Assembly: GCA_045655645.1 (NCBI GenBank)
Contig: JAZOPS010000051.1
Location: forward strand, 50,536 to 114,535
DNA length: 64,000 nt
From: Candidatus Fimenecus sp.
Lineage (GTDB): Bacteria > Bacillota > Clostridia > Oscillospirales > Acutalibacteraceae
Direction of reading: 5' to 3'
Under the pieces are notes generated by a model that saw only the letters and a program-made list of their open reading frames with translations, searched no databases and was not told the DNA's origin. How positions within the stretch are numbered: position 1 is the first letter of the stretch; each line of letters starts with the position of its first letter. Positions 58,554 to 64,000 of the stretch are shown here, one piece after another. The translations under genes and the position numbers were made by a program.

Positions 58554-61500
58554 TTAATACTCTTCATCTCGTTTAGGAAGATCTGCAACCATTTGTGTGT
58601 TAACACTAACAGTATCATTCAGCATTTCAGCAAGATAAAGGTCAAGATAAATTGCATCGAACGAATCTACTGCCCCATCTTGGTTAATATCTGCTTTCGC
58701 TAACTCTTCTTCTGTTGGTACATAAGCAAGAGTAGTTATAGCTACAATAATGTCATAATCATCTGTATCAATTACACCATCATTGTTTATATCACCTAAA
58801 ACAGTATCCAATGCAGGTACAGATTCAGTTTCAACATTTCCACAATCTGCACAAGTACGTTGATTTTTACCTTCACGCTCAAATTTAGGTTTAAGCACTA
58901 CCTGCCATTCACCGTAATTATGTTGTGATTCGATTGTAACATATTCAAAATATCCACAATCATCACACATATGATATCCTGTACCAGCCTGTGTACAGGT
59001 TGGCACTACTGTATATGTAATTTCACCATATCTATGGTCAGTAATTTCAACTACAGTTACATCAGTTTTCGCATCACAACGAGAACAATGGCGTGACTTA
59101 CGACCTTCATCAGAACAAGTTGGTTCTATATCTATTGTCCATTCAGTTGAGAAATCATGACCCAGTGCAGATAATGTTTCTACTTCTGTTTCTCCACAAA
59201 CTGAACATGCTCGAGTATGTAATCCATCACTTTCACATTGTCGAGCAGTTACAACATTCCAATCTTCAAAGTCATGTCCTGTTGCATCAACAACAGTTTC
59301 GTTAAATTTTTCACCACATAACAGACAAGGTTGATATTTACTACCCTCTGTTGTGCAAGTTGGTTCTATATCAACTGTCCATTCTGTTGAAATATCGTGA
59401 GTAAGTGCAGGAATCACTTCCGATTCGACTGCTTCGCATACAAGGCAAGTGCGAGTCTGTAAACCTTCAACACCACAAGATGGCATTGTTTCAGTTGTCC
59501 ACCCACCAAAGCTATGGTCAACCTTCTCTATAACAGTTATGTCAAATTTTTCGCCACACAACAAACAATGATGTGATTTACTACCTTCTGTTATACAAGT
59601 TGGCTCCACATCAACAGTCCATTCTGTTGAAATGTTGTGCGATAATGCAGGGATTACCTTTATTTCAACAACACCACACACTGAACAAGTGCGTGACTGT
59701 GAGCCTTCCACACCACAAGTCGGTAAGTTATCCATCTTCCAACTACCATAAGAATGTTCTGTCATCTCAATAACGGTTACGTCGAATTTTTCATTACAAA
59801 TTGAACAGTGATGTGACTTACTGCCTTCTTCTGTACAAGTTGCTTCTTTGTCAATAGTCCATTCTGTTGAAATGTTGTGCGATAATGCAGGGATTACCTT
59901 TGTTTCAACAGCACCACACACTGAACAAGTGCGTGACTGTGAGCCTTCTATGCCACAGCTTGGTAATCCGACAAGTGTCCATTTGCCGTATGTATGAGTA
60001 CCTGTTTCTGTCAACGGGTCAATAGGTGTAACATCTGTTGTTGCATCGCAATTAATACAATGGCGAGACTTGCTACCAGCCTCACTACACGTAGGTTCGA
60101 TATCAACAGTAAAGTTAGTCGAATAGCTGTGAGCAACCACAGGCACTGTTTGTTTTGAAACTATACCACAATATGAACAAGTGGCTTGTTTTTCACCATT
60201 AGAAACACATGTTGGGTCTTTTGTAACTACCCAATCACCATTAACATGATTACCTAATTTATAATTTATTGTTGCATCATATAATGAGGAATTATCATCA
60301 TCAATGAAAATATTATTCCATTGACATTTTGTGCCCGTATAGTTGACTGTTGCAAGTTGTGAGCAGTAATAAAATGCACCCTCACCAATTGTTATCACGC
60401 TATCGGGTATTGTTATATTTGTAAAACAAGAAGACGTAAACGCACAATATTCAATTGTTGTTACACCATTAGGAATCGTTAGACTTGTAAGGCTGATGCA
60501 GTTAGAGATCGCATATTCACCAATCGTTGTTACACCTTTAGGAATTATTATACTTTTAAGACTTGTACAATCGCGAAATAGATGATCACTAATTGTTGTA
60601 ATACTATCAGAAAGTGTTACATTAACAAGGTTTCTACAACAAAAAAATGCCCCTTCTCCAATAAACGTCACACTATCAGGAATTGTTATACTTGTAAGGT
60701 TGCCAAAATAGGCAAAAGCTGAACTCTCAATCGATAATACACTATCAGGAATTGTTACACTTGCAAGGTTGCCACAATGGGCAAAAGCATTTTTATCAAT
60801 TGTTGTTACTGTGTCGGGAATTACATAACTTGTGCTTGAATTATTCATCGGATATTGTATTAATGTAGTTTTATTTTTGTTAAATAGTACTCCATTTGAA
60901 TCACTTGAATAATATTTATTATTACTATTAACTTTTATATTTGTCAGGCTTGAGCATTTATAAAAAATATAATCACCTATCGACGTAACACTATTAGGTA
61001 TTGTTATTTTTGTTAGTGAACTGCATTCATAAAAAGCATCAGCACATATTGTTGTAACAGTATTGGGAATTGTTACACTTGTAAGGTTAGTACATTTATA
61101 AAATGCTTGACTTGCAATAAGTTTTGTTCCTGTCTTTATTGTGCATGAACCAAGAGCCGTTTCCACATCTATTAAGTAATTATCAATGTAAAGTACATAG
61201 TCTTCCCAATTTGACCAATCATGATAATAAGCCGTATTATTAAATGCATACGGTCCAATTGATATTATACTATCAGGTATTGTTATATTTGCGAGACTTG
61301 TACAACTTTGAAATGCGCACTTCCCAATTGATATAACACTATCAGGAATTATTATACTTGTGAGACTTGTACAATCATCAAAAGCGTTATCGGCAATACT
61401 CTTTGTGCCTGTCTTTATTGTGTATGAACCCGAAATGGTATTTTTTGCATCTATTAAATGATTATTAATATAAAGCACGTCATTTTCCCAATTTGATTCA

Positions 61501-61892
61501 TCTTTATAATATGCAGTAGTTTCAAAGACAGAATATGCAATTTCTGTTACACTATCAGGAATTATTATTCTTTCTAATGATGTGCAAACATAGAAAGCAT
61601 CTTCACCAATTGATGTTACACTATCAGGGATTACTATACTTGTAAGGCTTCTACGAAACTCAAATGCGCGACCACCGATTGCAGTTATTGTATAACCATC
61701 TATTTTTGATGGTATTTCAAGTTCAGTTGCATGACCTGTATATTCCGTAATCCGAGCAGTTTTGTCTGAATAACTGATTATTTCATATGCATAATCACCA
61801 TAAGTAAGAGCTTCAGATTGAATCTGAGTGAACGGAATTGCAACGAAAATAATTGCAATTGAAAGAAATATAGATAATATCTTGCGTTTCAT
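58554..61892 (-). CDS. Secreted BspA-type leucine-rich-repeat protein with 12 Cys-containing mini-repeats and a C-terminal type-I-like dockerin
   Basis: Start trimmed to ATG 61892 (MKRKILSIFLSIAIIFVAIPF) after GGGGG. LRR units of the form SLTSITIPDSVTSIGxxAFxxC. 12 units of the form H.Y..W.....P(T/S)C...G...R.C..CG by my count. Dockerin segment GDINNDGVIDTDDYDIIV ... ADINQDGAVDSFDAIYLDLYL. Confidence 0.85.
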   Translation of the reverse strand: MKRKILSIFLSIAIIFVAIPFTQIQSEALTYGDYAYEIISYSDKTARITEYTGHATELEIPSKIDGYTITAIGGRAFEFRRSLTSIVIPDSVTSIGEDAFYVCTSLERIIIPDSVTEIAYSVFETTAYYKDESNWENDVLYINNHLIDAKNTISGSYTIKTGTKSIADNAFDDCTSLTSIIIPDSVISIGKCAFQSCTSLANITIPDSIISIGPYAFNNTAYYHDWSNWEDYVLYIDNYLIDVETALGSCTIKTGTKLIASQAFYKCTNLTSVTIPNTVTTICADAFYECSSLTKITIPNSVTSIGDYIFYKCSSLTNIKVNSNNKYYSSDSNGVLFNKNKTTLIQYPMNNSSTSYVIPDTVTTIDKNAFAHCGNLASVTIPDSVLSIESSAFAYFGNLTSITIPDSVTFIGEGAFFCCRNLVNVTLSDSITTISDHLFRDCTSLKSIIIPKGVTTIGEYAISNCISLTSLTIPNGVTTIEYCAFTSSCFTNITIPDSVITIGEGAFYYCSQLATVNYTGTKCQWNNIFIDDDNSSLYDATINYKLGNHVNGDWVVTKDPTCVSNGEKQATCSYCGIVSKQTVPVVAHSYSTNFTVDIEPTCSEAGSKSRHCINCDATTDVTPIDPLTETGTHTYGKWTLVGLPSCGIEGSQSRTCSVCGAVETKVIPALSHNISTEWTIDKEATCTEEGSKSHHCSICNEKFDVTVIEMTEHSYGSWKMDNLPTCGVEGSQSRTCSVCGVVEIKVIPALSHNISTEWTVDVEPTCITEGSKSHHCLLCGEKFDITVIEKVDHSFGGWTTETMPSCGVEGLQTRTCLVCEAVESEVIPALTHDISTEWTVDIEPTCTTEGSKYQPCLLCGEKFNETVVDATGHDFEDWNVVTARQCESDGLHTRACSVCGETEVETLSALGHDFSTEWTIDIEPTCSDEGRKSRHCSRCDAKTDVTVVEITDHRYGEITYTVVPTCTQAGTGYHMCDDCGYFEYVTIESQHNYGEWQVVLKPKFEREGKNQRTCADCGNVETESVPALDTVLGDINNDGVIDTDDYDIIVAITTLAYVPTEEELAKADINQDGAVDSFDAIYLDLYLAEMLNDTVSVNTQMVADLPKRDEEY
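59090..60060 (-). repeat. 240-nt-period coding tandem repeats (about 4 copies); the two copies at 59581-59710 and 59821-59950 are nearly identical
   Basis: Direct comparison shows 59616-59661 identical to 59856-59901, and the next ~50 nt differ at 2 positions. Copies further left are more diverged. Confidence 0.85.
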
Positions 61893-61923
61893 ACACACGC
61901 CCCCAATATAATTATACATTGTA

Positions 61924-61952
61924 ATTATAGACCTATTAATTTCCTTTGTCAA
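61924..61952 (-). promoter_or_regulatory. Consensus sigma-A promoter of the LRR/dockerin gene
   Basis: Minus strand reads TTGACA (61952-61947), a 17-nt spacer, then TATAAT (61929-61924). Confidence 0.75.
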
Positions 61953-61963
61953 ACAAAAACAGT

Positions 61964-61997
61964 GAAAAAATGAGGGTGATTCGTGAATCACCCCTAC
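61964..61997 (-). terminator. Intrinsic terminator closing the GC-rich intergenic element
   Basis: GGGTGATTCGTGAATCACCC (61974-61993), with the stem GGGTGATTC pairing with GAATCACCC and a T-run on the minus strand. Confidence 0.8.
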
Positions 61998-62039
61998 GAA
62001 TGTAACTTTTTGTTTTATAAATCGGAGTTTATTGGGGAG

Positions 62040-62262
62040 TTTAATGGGTGTCCGTTCTCGGCTCCCTCTGACGAGGGAGCTGTCGAGCGAAAGCGAGACT
62101 GAGGGAGAGATTTAGTGAGCAGTAAAACTATCTCTCCCTCCGTCATTTTCTTGCGAAAATGCCACCTAATTCTCACCTGCCGGTTCGGTCGGTGCTTCTG
62201 CTTCGCAGAGGTGTCCACCGGACACCCGCACCTCGTCAGAGGGAGGCATAAACACACCATTC
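62040..62262. other. G+C-rich, hairpin-dense intergenic element of unknown function (candidate ncRNA or repeat element)
   Basis: It lies between the transketolase terminator and a second terminator. At least six local hairpins are present: 62061-62080, 62101-62140, 62144-62161, 62175-62194, 62197-62209 and 62210-62226. There are also two crossed inverted-repeat pairs (62046-54 with 62219-27; 62063-77 with 62231-45). The track ORF 62015..62260 looks spurious. Confidence 0.5.
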
Positions 62263-62299
62263 AAACTCACCGACAAATTATAATTTGAATAAAAAGAAA

Positions 62300-62331
62300 G
62301 AAAAAGGGACGATGCACTCATCGTCCCCTAC
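62300..62331 (-). terminator. Intrinsic terminator after the transketolase genes
   Basis: GGGACGATG (62306-62314) pairs with CATCGTCCC (62319-62327), with a T-run on the minus strand. Confidence 0.8.
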
Positions 62332-62335
62332 ATTA

Positions 62336-63283
62336 TTATTTCTTTAATTCAACTGCTGCTTTGCATTTTGCAACGATATTTGCAGCGTCGAGTCCGAATT
62401 CGTGAAGAAGTTGAACTGCTGGACCTGATTTACCGAATGTATCTTCAACACCTACACGAAGTACAGGGACAGGAACTGTTTCACAAACTACTTCTGCAAC
62501 TGCTGAGCCGAGACCACCGATTACATTGTGTTCTTCTGCAGTAACGATTACGCCTGTTTTCTTTGCACTTTCGATTACAAGTTCACGGTCAATAGGTTTG
62601 ATTGTTGCCATATTAACAACTCTTGCATTAATACCTTCAGCTTTGAGTTCTTCATAAGCCATAAGTGCTTCGTTAACCATAAGGCCTGTTGCGATGATTG
62701 TTACATCGTCACCCTCTTTAAGGACAGAGCCTTTACCAATTTCAAACTTATAGTTTTCATCGAATACTCTTGGCACTGCAAGACGGCCAAATCTCATATA
62801 AACTGGGCCTTCATGCTCTGCCGCTGCCATAACGCAAAGTCTTGCTTCAACATCATCGGCAGGGTTAAGGATAACCATATTTGGAATTGTTCTCATAAGA
62901 CCAATGTCTTCACAGCACTGATGGCTTGCACCATCTTCACCAACAGAGATTCCTGCATGAGTTGCGCCGATTTTAACATTAAGATTTGTATAACTGATTG
63001 AGTTTCTAACCTGTTCAAATGCACGACCTGCTGCGAACATTGCGAATGATGATGCGAAAACTGTATATCCTGCACTTGCAAGACCAGCTGCAACGCCCAT
63101 CATATTGCCTTCTGCAATACCACAATCAATAAACTTTTCAGGGTGCTCTTTTTTGAACATACCTGTTTTTGTTGCAGCAGCCAAGTCTGCATCAAGAACA
63201 AGAATTTTAGCGTCTGTATTACCTAATTCAACAAGTGCTTTACCATAAGCATCACGAGTTGCTGTTTTAATTACTTCGCTCAT
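62336..63283 (-). CDS. Transketolase, C-terminal (pyrimidine-binding plus C-terminal domain) subunit
   Basis: Start trimmed to ATG 63283 (MSEVIKTATRDAYGK) after GGAGGGTG. Motifs IAEGNMMGVAAGLA and GEDGASHQ. Confidence 0.9.
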   Translation of the reverse strand: MSEVIKTATRDAYGKALVELGNTDAKILVLDADLAAATKTGMFKKEHPEKFIDCGIAEGNMMGVAAGLASAGYTVFASSFAMFAAGRAFEQVRNSISYTNLNVKIGATHAGISVGEDGASHQCCEDIGLMRTIPNMVILNPADDVEARLCVMAAAEHEGPVYMRFGRLAVPRVFDENYKFEIGKGSVLKEGDDVTIIATGLMVNEALMAYEELKAEGINARVVNMATIKPIDRELVIESAKKTGVIVTAEEHNVIGGLGSAVAEVVCETVPVPVLRVGVEDTFGKSGPAVQLLHEFGLDAANIVAKCKAAVELKK

Positions 63284-63284
63284 T

Positions 63285-64000
63285 TTATACACCCTCCAAT
63301 TCATTAAGTTTTGCAGTAAGTTCTGCTACTGCCTGATTATAAAGTTCTTCATTTGGTGCTGCACCGTGCCAGTTAACTTGATTTTCCATATAAGAAACGC
63401 CCTTGCCCTTAATTGTCTTTGCAACGATTGCTGTTGGTTTGCCTTTGCAAGCCTTTGCAGCTTCAAATGCACTTTCGATTTCATCAAGGTTGTTACCATC
63501 AATTTCAATTGTATTGAAACCGAATGCTGTAAACTTTTCAGGAATTGGATATGGTGAGTTAACTTCTTCGATTGTACCATCAATCTGAAGATTATTATTG
63601 TCAACGATAACTACAAGGTTATCAAGTTTCTTTGCATTTGCAAACATTGCTGCTTCCCAAACCTGACCTTCTTCGATTTCACCGTCACCAAGAATTGTGT
63701 AAACTCTGAAATCTTTATTATCAAGTTTTGCTGCGAGAGCCATACCAACTGCTGCAGAAATGCCCTGACCAAGTGAGCCTGTACTCATATCTACACCTGG
63801 CACACATTTCATACTTGGGTGACCCTGAAGATAAGAATCAGCTTTACGAAGTGTTTTCATATCTTCTGTTGGGAAAAAGCCTTTAAGTGCAAGTGTTGCA
63901 TAAAGAGCAGGTGCTGCGTGACCTTTTGAAAGAACAAATCTGTCACGGTCGTCCCATTTTGGATTTGATGCATCAACTTTCATCTCTACATTGTAAAGAT
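63285..64000 (-). CDS. Transketolase, N-terminal (thiamine-diphosphate-binding) subunit; 5' end beyond the right edge
   Basis: Motifs SKGHAAPALYA, GSLGQGISAAVGMA and GDGEIEEGQVWEA. The reading frame stays open to the window edge. Confidence 0.9.
   Translation of the reverse strand, partial: LYNVEMKVDASNPKWDDRDRFVLSKGHAAPALYATLALKGFFPTEDMKTLRKADSYLQGHPSMKCVPGVDMSTGSLGQGISAAVGMALAAKLDNKDFRVYTILGDGEIEEGQVWEAAMFANAKKLDNLVVIVDNNNLQIDGTIEEVNSPYPIPEKFTAFGFNTIEIDGNNLDEIESAFEAAKACKGKPTAIVAKTIKGKGVSYMENQVNWHGAAPNEELYNQAVAELTAKLNELEGV

Noticed and set aside
62060-62250. Hammerhead ribozyme, suggested by CUGACGAG words on both strands.
   Set aside because: The CUGACGA words are simply halves of the local hairpins CTCCCTC-TGAC-GAGGGAG. 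The required GAAA plus helix III and the cleavage-site arrangement are not present in the right register: GCGAAAGC and CGAAGC do not complete a three-way junction.
62015-62260. Track ORFs 62015..62260 (-), 22580..22783 (-) and 48693..48890 (-) as protein-coding genes.
   Set aside because: They lie entirely within a hairpin-rich GC element, a structured RNA candidate and a tRNA plus its terminator, respectively. They lack RBSs and have implausible Arg/Pro/Cys-rich composition.

Overview
This is a low-GC Firmicutes (class Clostridia) chromosomal window. The sporulation genes spoIIR and bofA, the IspH-S1 fusion, a split transketolase and a dockerin-bearing protein suggest a Ruminococcus-like member of the Oscillospiraceae. 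All family assignments come from motifs I recognise in the translations; no database search was run.

Most of the window is ordinary. It holds housekeeping genes (ligA, cmk-plsC-ispH/rpsA, ackA, tmcAL, transketolase, metF) and scattered glycan-utilisation genes (GH27, GH18, GH20, a GH-A-like enzyme with CBMs, a GPH symporter). It also holds a split Na+-translocating oxaloacetate-type decarboxylase operon and a NuoE/NuoF/GltD-fusion flavoprotein operon beside metF.

The stand-out region is a single-strand, ten-gene, apparently non-enzymatic operon at about 36.6-48.6 kb on the minus strand:
- It runs from a near-consensus promoter, just downstream of tRNA-Leu(CAA), to a terminator.
- It encodes a bitopic membrane protein, then an 1818-aa secreted giant.
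- Seven tandem paralogous small secreted beta-rich proteins follow. Their domain is also the C-terminal domain of the giant.
- The last gene encodes a tail-anchored protein with about two dozen thrombospondin-type-3-like DxDxDG calcium loops.
- Single calcium loops are also scattered through other members.
- I see no LPXTG, SLH, cohesin or enzyme motif in any of the ten products.
- I propose it is an undescribed Ca-dependent cell-surface fibre or adhesin assembly. It is architecturally analogous to the csc/WxL clusters of Lactobacillales, or to strand-exchange fibres.

Secondary items:
- a GC-rich, hairpin-dense element bounded by two terminators at 62.0-62.3 kb
- a rod-like 6S-like sRNA candidate at 22.6-22.8 kb
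- an LRR, Cys-repeat and dockerin protein with near-identical 240-bp tandem repeats
- a GH27 with a CBM-like insertion
- a split TSUP transporter

I saw no CRISPR array, transposase, integrase or prophage genes.
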